64,000 bases of DNA from contig OZ024741.1 in assembly GCA_964016885.1 (NCBI GenBank), positions 131,130,001-131,194,000 of the forward strand, in the 5' to 3' direction. The stretch is from Eledone cirrhosa (Eukaryota). Under the pieces are notes generated by a model. That model was not told the origin of the DNA. It saw only the letters and a program-made list of their open reading frames with translations, and made no database searches. Below, one piece after another: positions 1 to 15,800 of this stretch (positions within the stretch are counted from its first letter, which is position 1; every line of letters begins with the position of its first letter). The position numbers and the translations under genes were made by a program.

Positions 1-59
1 AAGAAAGTCTTGGAAAGATGTAACAGGTATTAACCGGGTTAGATCAACATACAAATGTA

Positions 60-1650
60 TTCCTTTTCAGTGATTTCAACCTGTGTAGCATTAATTGACC
101 AGAGGGCCACATTCTAGCAGAATCTCTGCTTGATATCGTCAGCAGACTATTTATGGAATAAATGATACTTACCCAAAGAGACATCTCTTGATTTTTACTT
201 TACAAATAACCTGACAAAACCCATTATTTACTTTCTTCTTGTTTGTTTGAAGTTTCAGTCGAAGGAGGGCGGGCAGTATTATGTCCGTTTTTCAATGTTT
301 TTGTGTTTATTGGGGAAAGTGAGCAAAATACTATGAATCATGTCCAAGCGTCAGATCGAAGAATCGATCCTAATACTTCAAATATAGTGGATTCCGTCAT
401 GGGTACCGAAGCACCGGGTGACGGATTAAGTTTGCTATCTACAATTGTTTTTGATCATAAGAAAATAATTAATTTGTCTCCCGTGCCTCACAAAGCGTAC
501 TCAAATTCTATCTTATTCTACCTAAATTTCCATAAGATTCCCTGGACATTAATTCAAAAACGGACCTTCAAACAAAATTCGCCTTAAGTACTCCCTATGC
601 AAAACAATGATGTGAAACCGAAGTAACTTATACCAACAAAGCAAGTTACATGTGTCGAAGAAAAATAGGCCAAACTTCATAAAACTATAGAATTGTAGGG
701 AGAGAAAAATCCTAATGAGACGCAGAACAAACTTCTAAAATAGCGTAAATGAACACATCATACGCAGAGAAAGAGAGAAAACACTTTAAAAGGACACTTT
801 TAGTAATTGATTATATAATATAATAATGCCATGAAAGAGAAACGAAGGCTGCAGAAATCATAAAAAACAGCCTTTAGACTTCCCATAGCTTTGAAAAATA
901 GACGCTTAGGTGCATTGTTTTGAAGAAAATACCTGACCTCTGCAGACCCTTACAGCGTACTACTTGTATGTGGAAAGCTTCCCAAAATCTGAAAGGCGAC
1001 ATAATATCTCCTATCCATAAGAAAGGAAGAAAAACAGCTGTTATGAGTTACAGGCTTTTATATTTGACGTCACATACCAGCATGAAACAAGTCATGAAAC
1101 GAATTTATCAGAGAGAAAATCACTACATTTCTAGAAAATGGTTTTCTAAGTAATATTCATCACAGTTTCTGTCCGAGTAGAATCTGCCACACACAGTTTC
1201 TACAGCATTAAGATTGTCCGTTGAAAAGGCTGCTTAATCAGTCGAACTTAGATATTGTATATCTCAACGCCATGGAGGTTTTTCTTCATATGATATGCTA
1301 CAAGCTGCGTGATTTCGTAATGGTTAACAATTTAGGAGGCTTTCTGAATGACATTTCAAAGGACAGAACTCAAATTGCGGAAGGCAGCTGTGCTTTTTCA
1401 AAAGATCCTATTATGATGACCTGAATACTTCAGGGAATTCTAATAACTCCTCTTTGACATATCTTCTCTTTTACACACTGTAAATATCATTAACTGTTCT
1501 GTCACAAAATATTAAAGGAAACCAAGAGTTACGATGGCCTGAAAATCTCCCAGAAAGAGCTTAATGCAATATATATGCAAATTAATTCAATGTTGGAAAG
1601 TTTCAAACACTTCTCTATCGATGTATCCTCTTTTAATTTCAACGATGATT
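60..1650 (+). pseudogene. Decayed non-LTR retrotransposon (CR1/L2-like LINE) ORF2: APE endonuclease end plus reverse transcriptase remnants
   Basis: Broken frames give motif relics in the expected order: (G)DFN ~70, LDxxFTNN ~185-210, DHxxI..LNFHKxxW ~450-545, IISPIHKKG..SYRLLYLTSH (920-1153), H(G)FxPxRxCxTQxLQH ~1155-1210, NLDIVYL..MICYKLRD (1221-1424), QG ~1430. Many stops and frameshifts; boundaries approximate. Confidence 0.7.
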
Positions 1651-2283
1651 ATTCAATTATTCGGTCAAAGGAACTACCTACTCGTTAATTTAGCGTGAAA
1701 TCAGCTGAGTATTCCTCAGATACGTGTACATTAATGTAATTCTTATTGCCTTCTCTATGCAGTATATGAGCTTGTTGAAAAGAAGAGGAACATTTCGGAC
1801 GAAACTCTGTGTAGTTTATGAAAAACTTTACTGCATGAATTTATCGATTAATTAGAAAGGGAGAAGCGTGACCCTTTAAGTGGTCCCTTCAGGTCGTCAG
1901 AGATTCGTGGCTCAGAGAAATGATAAGGTCCTCAACCCAGATGCCTGATCCGAATGCAAAATATTGAACTCAGCTGAAGGCTTCTAAAGAGAAAGTGGTG
2001 GCGTTAAAGGAGGTCACTGGTTAAGTGTAGCTCCTGAAACTTCAGTGCAAAGAGCCTGGACAGATGCCATGAGTAATCTTGACTTATGCGCTACCAATGC
2101 CATCAACACCCCGCCGAGGACTCGTATATTATCTTATCGAGCTTGGGAGGATGAGAGGAAAGTTTGCCTCAGGTAGAATTTGAACTCATAGTGTAGAGAA
2201 CTGGATGAAATTCTATATTGCAATAAACGGAACAAATACATGTATTGGGGTAGATATACACACGCACATACACACATACTAAT

Positions 2284-2289
2284 GCACAC

Positions 2290-2347
<58 letters not shown>

Positions 2348-2348
2348 G

Positions 2349-2412
<64 letters not shown>

Positions 2413-2425
2413 AGTGTGTGTGTAT
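2284..2425. repeat. Compound (CA)n-(TA)n-(TG)n microsatellite
   Basis: Read directly; source of the spurious CVCV/YIYI ORFs. Confidence 0.95.
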
Positions 2426-2547
2426 GTGAATATACATACATATATATAATAGTTGTATTAATATTATAGTTATAATATATATATATATTATTATATATTA
2501 TTATATATTACTGCATTCAGGATAATCCTAAGCATTTCTGGCATAAA

Positions 2548-2582
<35 letters not shown>

Positions 2583-3299
2583 CGTTATAATTTGTAAACA
2601 ATTTCCTTTTCTTTCTCTCTCTTCACAAACGCGCGCGAGTGTGTGCATATGTACGTGCTTCTGTATTTATATGTGTGTATATAAAAATAGCTGACATCTA
2701 GGATGATGTACAAACAGAAGTCAGAAAAATAATAATAATAAACCACTGTATATATTGGAAACCAGTGTGTATAAGTAAACAACATTACTCAATACTTATC
2801 TAAGTGCTTATCTAATTCATACTGTTGATAGTAAGATTTCAGTCATAGCATTATTTATAGAAGATGGTTCACCTTTTTTCTCTGTTTACCGTTGTGAAAG
2901 ACAAGTGTTCATTTTACATCAGGAAAAACACGCAAATTCAATTGTTTATCATTTATTTTTCAATTTAGTTTTTGTAATAGTCTCTCGGTTTGCTTTATTC
3001 CTTAGGTTTTCTTGCTACGAGCCAACAATAAAATGTTTATACAGCTACTCTTCTTTTTGGTAACAACAGTCACAACGCCCACAAATCAGATCCTATGCTA
3101 TCTTCCAAATTCAAAATGAAGGACACGCTGGATAATGTAGTTCAAGAATCGCGGTGTATGAAACAACAAAAATAACAACTAAGAGAATCATATTGAAACG
3201 TTCTTTTTCAGCGATTTGTTTCATTAAATTTGACACGGTGCTAAACAAAATGATAACAAAAATATGGCTGTCGTCTCTCTATTCTGACAATTTGGGAGG

Positions 3300-3945
3300 T
3301 GATGATAATCACAACCATAATGGATTTAAGCCATATTGGGTGCTCCCCACTTTTTTCAAGAATGTTCTCCTGCGCAAGGCTCACAGTTACAGGAGAAAGT
3401 CAAGGCCAATACGTCTGAGAGAGCCAACCGGGTTAAGGGGCTCACAATAGAGTCAATAATGTTTGACTAAAAAACCTAAATATGGCCCCACTCCATTTGT
3501 AGATTTGATGGATGACGCTGAGTTCATACGCTCTTCTATATAGGTAGTATTTTTACTTTTAGTCCTGTCAGGGTGTCCATTCATCCTCTACAACACCAGT
3601 TTGAGACTCTAAAATGGTGTGGGTTTAGTCCCTGAAGGTCCAACCATGAAATCGGGGGTAATGATTTACATGTTTATCAGTAGATCATTTTTGACATCAT
3701 AAACACCAACAACAAAAAGTAAAGCATTTCGCTTGAGGAAAGAGCTTCGAGTGTTGGAATGGCTGATGCAGCTAGTATCGTTGGTTGGTCTCTGCAACTG
3801 AGATGTACCAAACAGCCAACAGTGTAGAGTTTGCCTCCCCCTCATTTCTGTTTCTTTTTTATTTATATATATTTCCTTTTTTTCCCTTTTTTACTTTTTA
3901 CTTGCTTGTGAATATATATTAAATTAAAATTTTGAATCAATAAAA
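3300..3945 (+). mobile_element. Possible highly decayed L1/Tx1-like LINE 3' end
   Basis: Frameshifted relics resembling the Tx1 ORF2 C-terminus (TIESIMFD ~ ETxxHxxF, KMVW, W..DAASIV), then a T-rich tail and AATAAA near 3939. Weak, judged from memory. Confidence 0.3.
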
Positions 3946-4510
3946 GTTGCTCATTGTGTTTATTTCCCTAAATCTCTCTCATTTCATTCTTTCTCTTTCC
4001 TTTTTCTCGTTCTTTATTATTTGTATTATTTTTGGAATATTCAAAGGCCATAAATTTTAGTAGATAAACACAATCAATTATATCGAGCAGTATTAAGCTG
4101 ATAATTAATTTATCAACACCAAGATGTGGATGGGACCTCGATAATGTCCCGAAAAAAAAGCCGTTTCACAATTTAGCTTCAGTACCATTTTAAATTCTCT
4201 TTCTGAAACTGTCTCATATTACAAGGTTCCTTCCTCTCATTTTTTTTTTTATCTTTCCCAATCTATCTTCTAATATTTCAATTAATCTTACCTGTTGATC
4301 TGCACGATTTATCTATGTGTTAATATATTCCCTAACATTAATTAGACCCTCAGTTCTCATATTTACAAATCGTTCAGTGATTTTCTTATTCCTTTTAATT
4401 TCATTTCTGTATAAGGTTATATTTCTTTAGTTTCTCTGAAACTTAAAAGTGTGTTTTTATAATTAATTTTCCATCAACCATGCAATGAAAACGATGTTCC
4501 CTTCTTTCAG

Positions 4511-4566
4511 AGTCCTCTGTTAGGATGCGCAAGCAGGCTCTGAGAAAAGCTGGAACATATGATCAG
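4511..4566 (+). CDS. Candidate 56-nt internal exon (phase 1/0), xSSVRMRKQALRKAGTYDQ, gene unknown
   Basis: Pyrimidine tract plus acceptor GTTCCCTTCTTTCAG|, donor CAG|GTATCT, only one open frame, GC-richer than flanks. No transcript evidence. Confidence 0.4.
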
Positions 4567-5234
4567 GTATCTCGCTTTTCCAATCTCCATTTTTATGTCG
4601 GCTATTCAACACTTGGAAAATTCCACGAAATCTCATTATTTACTTGTAAAACCTAAACTGTAGCGCATACTAGGTTGTTGCTACGACAGAGTACAGAATT
4701 TCTAAAGCTACGATGGTTACTGTATCTAATGTGGTATAACAAGGATTAGTCATAATTCATTGTTAAATCATTATTGTTTCAAACATTGCCTGTCATGTCA
4801 CCAATCTTTGATGTTCGAGGGTGGCCGTCTCTTCAGAACAGTCTAGGTGGACACTCTAATTCGCAATAATTCAGATGCGAAGTTGTGGAATAAGAATATC
4901 TTATTTTGGTTTCAATACTTTTCAAGAATACTTTTCAAGAATTGAAATATTAAAAGAATAAGAGATAAAATATTATGATGAAACACAGTTTCCAATTAAT
5001 TAAGTCTATTTTTACTTAATATTGTGTTATTATGAAATAAACAGGAATTAGCTGTACGGTATTCAACAAAATCATGAAATATAACATTCATGCTGAGCTC
5101 GTACGACGCATTAAACATTGGAATGTCATAAACGTTTTGGATAAAAAGATGTATTTCTTCCTTATTTCCTAAGTTTTCCAGACAATCAAATAACGATCTA
5201 ATGAACTGAATATACCTACACTAAGAAGCATTTT

Positions 5235-6044
<810 letters not shown>

Positions 6045-6196
6045 ACACGGGTGTGTATGATTGTGTATAGAAGATTATATTAATAAGAGGAATTCCAGCT
6101 TTGTCTGATTTACTCGTTTTATTTACAATCCTTTAAAATATATAATGGTATTATAATGAAATAGTATGATAGAATATTAAATTCTAAGTGTTAATT

Positions 6197-6233
6197 GAAC
6201 AAGTACTTTCATGCTTTCGCAATCTTCAGGTTC
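6197..6233 (-). ncRNA. Minimal type I hammerhead ribozyme (mirror copy)
   Basis: Reverse complement of 6309-6345. Confidence 0.8.
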
Positions 6234-6308
6234 ATAATATGTGGTGACAGTCAAGTTTGCAATTTTCAACTGTTGAAAATTGCAAACTTGACTGTCACTA
6301 CATATTAT

Positions 6309-6345
6309 GAACCTGAAGATTGCGAAAGCATGAAAGTACTTGTTC
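6309..6345 (+). ncRNA. Minimal type I hammerhead ribozyme
   Basis: GAAC-CTGAAGA-TTGC GAAA GCAT-GAAA-GTAC-TT|GTTC: intact core, stem II with GAAA loop, palindromic stem III, stem I GAAC/GTTC. Confidence 0.8.
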
Positions 6346-6458
6346 AATTAACACTTAACATTTAATATTCTATCATACTATTTCATTATAATACCTATAT
6401 AAATTTTAAAGGATTGTAAATAAAACGAGTAAATCAGACAAAGTTGGAATTCTGCTTA

Positions 6459-6511
<53 letters not shown>

Positions 6512-6669
6512 ATGTATATATGTATATATATGTATATATGCACTTAGCTTTGAGGTCACCTGAATGAGTAATCAATACCATAGTAGAGTTTAATATTTAT
6601 AATCTTTATTAAGGCAAAGTTAGAGTATAAATATATCCTGTCGACTTCCACACAGTGTCACTCACGAAG

Positions 6670-6782
6670 CATCACCTCCCTAGGGTTATAGTAGAAGTCG
6701 CCTAAGATGCCACACAGTAAGACTGAATGTGAAGTCGCGTCACTGCAAAGCCAACAACTTGAACAGACAGCCGTGGCCACAT
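6670..6782 (-). mobile_element. Degenerate tRNA-derived SINE head
   Basis: Minus strand GGCTGTCTGTTCAAG...TTCAGTCTTACTGTGTGGCATCTTAGGCGACTTCTACTATAACC resembles an octopus SINE as recalled; A/B-box-like spacing. Confidence 0.45.
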
Positions 6783-6795
6783 CTACACTCCCAAT

Positions 6796-6881
<86 letters not shown>

Positions 6882-7559
6882 CACGATGATAAAAAAAGCA
6901 GAACACAAAAATACAATTACACAAAATCTTATTAGTTTCATACTTTTAGGAAAAGGGAAAGGATTTTTTACAACATATCAGGCGTTAGTCATTTATCAGT
7001 AAAGAGTATAGTCAGTAAAGAGTATAGTAATAAAATGTTGTAGTTTGCTTGAAGCATTGTGTATAATATAAAACGTTGAAAGAGATAGAAGGCTAAACAA
7101 TACAATATGGACTGTAAGGTGAGGTAACGAAAAAGTAAGTTACCTGGTAATCTTTGTTTTGTTTTTTTGTTGTTGTTGTTCTTTTTTCTGTCCAATATTT
7201 AGGGACCTAAAAGTCCCTTCTTCGGGGTTTAAGGAACTTTCAGTCGATAATGTTCCAATTTCCTCTCTTTTGGGATTACATATTGATTTTCATTTAAAGT
7301 TTTCTAAGTCGTTTTCAGCGTTTTTTATGGTTATTTCGCTCTTCACCAGAATGACGTCTATTGCCAATATAGTATTTCACAAATCAATGTTATCTTTTGT
7401 ATGAGATGTTTAGTTTGTATCTTTTTATGTCAAGTACTGTGTGCTGAGTTCTAATCTATTATTTATTTGCGAGTTGAGTCTACGTATGACCAAGGATTCC
7501 TTAATTCTTAAATTGACCACATTTCTATCACTAGCTTTAATAGTAACGGTATATATATA

Positions 7560-7773
7560 AACATGAATGGACTTGTTATTTTTCTCTAAAAACATTGTTT
7601 CCGATTCCGACCCGCCCGTTCCCTCAATCTTTCTAGTTTCTTTCCCATTCTTTCTTCTGATGAAGGACTAACGTCCGAACCGTTAAGAGCCCCTTCCTGC
7701 TATTTCAAGCGTTAAACTAATATATTCCTTCCATAAACTGTACCGATTGTGTCATTATTTCTGTTTACCATTT
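7560..7773 (+). mobile_element. Isolated 3' terminal (pLTR) fragment of the Penelope-like family at 60898-62047, with a mutated hammerhead at 7653-7688 (GAAA to GAAC)
   Basis: Colinear similarity to 61838-62047 (ACATGAATGGAC...CTGATGAAGGA...GTACCGATTGTG...CTGTTTACC). Confidence 0.8.
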
Positions 7774-9169
<1,396 letters not shown>

Positions 9170-9624
9170 AAAGATAGCTAGGTAGATAGATAATCGATAG
9201 ATAAATAGACAGATACATAGATAGACAAAGGGACAGGCAGATAGATAGTTAGATAACTTGACAGTATAGGATAGGTAGATAACCATATTAAGGACTGCAT
9301 ATCTATATTAATTATGTAATAAGTAGATGGTGTCAGCAGCTAAATGTGTGGAAGTGAAATCGTCGTCTTGGATCCAATCAGGTTGTGATCTTATGTATCC
9401 GGTTTACACATTTTATCCAATGAAAGACCAGGAATCCAACTTTCGGAATAGACTAAGTCTGTGGGGACTAAATGGTGCTGCTCTTTTTTTTTTCTTCTTT
9501 TTTTCTTTTTTTTTTTTTTGGCTTCTCTGGAATATTTTAATCTGTGGAAGGTCTTACGAATTTCCCACTTGGCAATTCCTACCATGTTGATTGGCAGCAA
9601 ACAACTTCAACAACAACGGGACCA

Positions 9625-9757
9625 AGAAGAAGAAGAAGAAGAAGAAGAAGAAGAAGAAGAAGAGGAAGATTGATGATCATGATGAAAAAGATGAAACAAT
9701 AGTAAGAAAAACAATAACAACAACAACAACAGTAACAATAATTATATACTACTACTT

Positions 9758-9791
<34 letters not shown>

Positions 9792-9812
9792 GACGACGAC
9801 GACGACGACGAC
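9625..9812. repeat. Compound trinucleotide microsatellite (GAA)n-(GAT)-(AAC)n-(ACT)n-(ACG)n leading into the giant array
   Basis: Read directly. Confidence 0.95.
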
Positions 9813-12800
9813 AACCATCATCACCATCACTACTACCAACACCATCACCATCACCAACGCCACTACCATCACCACAAGCATCACAATCACTACCACCAAC
9901 ACCATCACCATTACCACTACCAACACCATCACTACTACCATCACGATCATTACTACCATCACCATCACTACTACCAACACCATCACCATCACCACAACCA
10001 TCACCATCACTACCACCAACACCATCACCATCACTACTACCAACACCATCACCATCACCACTACGAACACCATCACCATCACCAACACCATCACCATCAC
10101 CACTACCAGGACCATCACTACTACCAACACCACCACCATCACTACTACCATCACGATCATTGCTACCATCACCATCACTACTACCAACACCATCACCATC
10201 ACCACAACCATCACCATCACTACCACCAACACCATCACCATCACTACTACCAACACCATCACCATCACCACTACGAACACCATCACCATCACCAACACCA
10301 TCACCATCACCACTACCAGGACCATCACTACTACCAACACCACCACCATCACTACTACCAACACCATCACCTTCACCACTACCAACACCATCACCATCAC
10401 CACTACCATCAACATCACTACTACCATCACCATCACCACTACCAACACTATCACCACTACCAACACCATTACTACTACCAACACCATCACCACTACCATC
10501 AACATCACTACTACCAACACCATCACTACTACCAACACCATCATCATCACTACTACCAACACCATCACCATCACCACTACCAACACCATCACCACTACCA
10601 TCACCATCACTACTACCAACACCAACATCATCACTACTACCAACACCAACACCATCACTACTACCAACACCATCATCATCACTACTACCGACACCATCAC
10701 TACTACCAACACCATCACTACAACCATCACCATCACTACTACCAACACCATCACCACTACCAACACCATCATCATCACCACTACCAACACCATCACTACT
10801 ACCAACACCATCACCATCACCACTACCAACACCAACACCATCACCACTACCAACACCATCACCACTACCATCACCATCACTACTACCAACACCATCATCA
10901 TCACTACTACCAACACCATCACCATCACCACTACCAACACCAACACCATCACCACTACCAACACCATCAGCATCACTACTACCATCACCATCACTACTAC
11001 CAACACCATCACCACTACCATCACCATCATCATCACTACTACCAACACCATCACCACTACCAACACCATCACTACTACGAACACCATCACCACTACCAAC
11101 ACCATCACCACTACCAACACCATTATCATCACCACTACCATCACCATCACTACTAACATCACCATCACCATCACTACTACCATCACCATCACCAGCACCA
11201 TCACCACTAGCATCACCGTCCCCATCACTACTACCATCACCATCACCATCACTACGACCAATACCATCACCATCACCACTACAATCACCATCACTACTAC
11301 CAACACCATCTCCACTACCATCACCAACACTACTACCATCACCATCACTACTACTAACACCATCACCACTACCATCACCATCACCACTACCAACACCATC
11401 ACCACTACCATCACCATCACTACTACTAACACCATCACCACTACCAACACCATCACCACTACCAACACCATCACCATCACTACTACCATCAACATCACCA
11501 TCACCATCACTACTACTAACACCATCACCACTACCAACACCATCACCACTACCAACACCATCACCATCACTACTACCATCAACATCACCATCACTACTAC
11601 CATCACCATCTCCACTACCATCACTATCACTACTACCAAGAACATCACCATCACTACTACCAACACCATCACCACTACCATCAACATTACTACTACCAAC
11701 ACCATCACCATCACTACTACCAACACCAACACCATCACTACTACCATCACCATCACCATAACTACTACCATCACCATCACCACTACCATCAACATCACCA
11801 CTACCAAAACCATCACCATCACTACTACCAACACCAACACCATCACTACTACCAACACCAACACCATCACTACTACCAACACCATCACTACTACCAACAC
11901 CATCACTACTACCAACACCAACACCATCACTACTACCAACACCAACACCATCACTACTACCATCACCATCACCATAACTACTACCATCACCATCACCACT
12001 ACCAAAACCATCACCACTACCAACACCATCACCATCACTACTACCAACACCAACACCATCACCACTACCAACACCATCACCATCACTACTACCAACACCA
12101 TCACCATCACTACTACCAACACCATCACCATCACTACTACCAACACCAACACCATCACTACTACCAAAACCATCACCACTACCAACACCATCACCATCAC
12201 TACTACCAACACCAACACCATCACCACTACCAACACCATCACCATCACTACTACCAACACCATCACCATCACTACTACCAACACCATCACCATCACTACT
12301 ACCAACACCATCACCATCACTACTACCAACACCATCACCATCACTACTACCAACACCATCACTACTACCAACACCAACACCATCACTACTACCAACACCA
12401 ACACCATCACTACTACCAACACCAACACCATCACTACTACCAACACCATCACCATCACTACTACCAACACCATCACCATCACTACTATCAAAACCATCAC
12501 CATCACTACTACCAACACCATCACCATCACTACTACCAAAACCATCACCATCACTACTACCAACACCATCAACATCACTACTACCAACACCATCACTACT
12601 ACCAACACCATCACCACTACCAACACCATCATCATCACTACTACCAACACCATCACCATCACTACTACCAACACCAACACCATCACTACTACCAAAACCA
12701 TCACCACTACCAACACCATCAACATCACTACTAGCAACACCATCAACATCACTACTACCAACACCATCACCATCACTACTACCAACACCATCACCATCAC

Positions 12801-15800
12801 TACTACCAACACCAACACCATCATTACTACCAACACCAACACCATCACTACTACCAACACCATCACCATCACTACTACCAACACCATCACCATCACTACT
12901 ACCAAAACCATCACCATCACTACTACCAAAACCATCACCATCACTACTACCAACACCATCACCATCACTACTACCAACACCATCACCATCACTACTACCA
13001 ACACCATCACCACTACCAACACCATCATCATCACTACTACCAACACCATCACCATCACTACTACCAACACCATCACCATCACTACTACCAACACCAACAC
13101 CATCACTACTACCAAAACCATCACCACTACCAACACCATCAACATCACTACTAGCAACACCATCAACATCACTACTACCAACACCATCACCATCACTACT
13201 ACCAACACCATCACCATCACTACTACCAACACCAACACCATCACTACTACCAACACCATCACCATCACTACTATCAAAACCATCACTACTACCAACACCT
13301 TTCACCATCACCACTACCATCACCATCAACATCACCATCACTACTACCATCACCATCACTACTACCATCACCATCACCAACACTACTACCAGGACCATCA
13401 CTACTACCATCACCATCACCACTACCAACACCATCACCACTACCATCACCATCACAATCACTACTACCAACACCATCACTACTACCAACACCATCATCAT
13501 CACTACTACCATCACCATCACTACTACCATCACAATCACTACTACCATCACCATCACAAACACTACTACCAACACCAACACTACTACCAACACCATCACC
13601 ACTACCATCACCATCACAAACACTACTACCAACACCAACACTACTACCAACACCATCACCACTACCATCACCATCACCATCACTACTACCAACACCATCA
13701 CTACTACCAACACCATCATCATCACTACCACCATCACAATCACCACTACCATCACCATCACTACTACCATCATCATCACCATCACTACTACCATCACCAT
13801 CACCAGCACCATCACCACTACCATCACCATCACTACTACCATCATCATCACCATCACTACTACCATCACCATCACCATCACTACTACCATCACCATCACT
13901 ACTACCATAACCATCAGCACTACCAACACCATCAACATCACTACTACCAACACCATCACCATCACTACTACCAACACCAGCACCACTACCATCACCATCA
14001 CTACTACCAACACCAACACTACTACCAACACCATCACCACTACCAACACCATCAACATCACTACTACCAACAGCATCAACATCACTACTACCAACACCAT
14101 CAACATCACTACTACCAACACCATCACCATCACTACTACCAACACCAACACCATCACTACTACCAGCACCATCACCATCACTACTACCAACACCAACACC
14201 ATCACTACTGCCAACACCAACACCATCACTACTACCAACACCATCACCATCACTACTACCAACACGATCACCATCACTACTACCAACACCATCACCATCA
14301 CTACTACCAACACCAACACCATCACTACTGCCAACACCAACACCATCACCATCACTACTACCAACACCAAAACCATCACCACTACCAACACCATCACCAC
14401 TACCAACACCATCACCATCACCACTACCAATACCATCAACATCACCACTACCATCACCATCAACATCACCATCACTACTACCATCACCATCACTACTACC
14501 ATCACCATCACCAACACTACTACCATCACCATCACTACTACCATCACCATCACTACTACCATCACCATCACTACTACCAACACCATCACAACTACCAACA
14601 CCAAAAACTGCTACCAGCACCATCACCATCACTACTACCAACACCATCACTACTACCAACACCAACAACATCACTACTACCAACACCAACACCATCACTA
14701 CTACCATCACCATCACCATCACCATCACCATCACCACTACCAACACCATCACTACTACCAACACCATCACTACTACCAACACCATCACTACTACCAACAC
14801 CATCATCATCACTACTACCATCACCATCACTACTACCAACACCAACACCATCACTACTACCATCACCATCACCATCACCATCACCATCACCATCACCATC
14901 ACCATCACCACTACCATCACCATCACTACTACCATCACCATCACCACTACCAACACCATCACCCCTACCATCACAATCACTACTACCAACACCATCACTA
15001 CTACCAACACCATCACTACTACCAACACCATCACCACTACCAACACCATCACCATCACTACCACCAACACCATCACCATCACTACAAGCATCACCATCAC
15101 TACTAACATCACCATCACTTCTACCAACACCATCACCATCACTACTACCATCACCATCACTTCTACCAACACCATCACCATCACTACTACCAACACCATC
15201 ACTACTACCAACACCATCATCATCACTACTACTAACACCATCACTACTACCAACACCATCATAATCACTACTACCATCACCATCACTACTACCAACACCA
15301 TCACCATCAATACTACCTACACCAACACCATCACTACTACCCATTACCATCACTACTACCAACACCATCACCATCACTACTACCAACACCATCATCATCA
15401 CTACTACCAACACCATCACTACTACCAACACCATCATCATCACTACTACCAACACCATCACTACTACCAACACCATCACTACTACCAACACCATCACTAC
15501 TACCATCACCATCACTACTACCAACACCATCACCACTACCAACACCATCACCATCACTACTACCAACATCATCACTACTACCAACACCATCACTACTACC
15601 AACACCATCATCATCACTATTACCAACACCATCACTACAACCAACACCATCACTACTACCATCACCATCACTACTACCAACACCATCACCACTACCAACA
15701 CCATCACCATCACTACTACCAACACCATCACTACTACCATCACCATCACCACTACCATCACCATCACTACTACCAACACCATCACTACTACCAGGACCAT

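Larger units (their letters stand above)
6079..6463. repeat. 385-bp near-perfect palindrome centred at 6271; inverted pair of Penelope-like terminal fragments
   Basis: ...TTTTCAAC-T-GTTGAAAA... with symmetric arms and few mismatches; each arm has a hammerhead; right end abuts (TA)n. Confidence 0.9.

Noticed and set aside
1850-2240. Further LINE (Tx1-like) or transposase remnant
   Set aside because: Only vague fragments (ALKEV, KEPG); too degraded to support.
3006-3119. Acceptor at 3005 and signal-peptide-like MFIQLLFFLVTTVTT
   Set aside because: Stops after ~28 codons; the weak GTAACA donor is phase-incompatible with the 4511 candidate exon; adjacent sequence looks like LINE debris.
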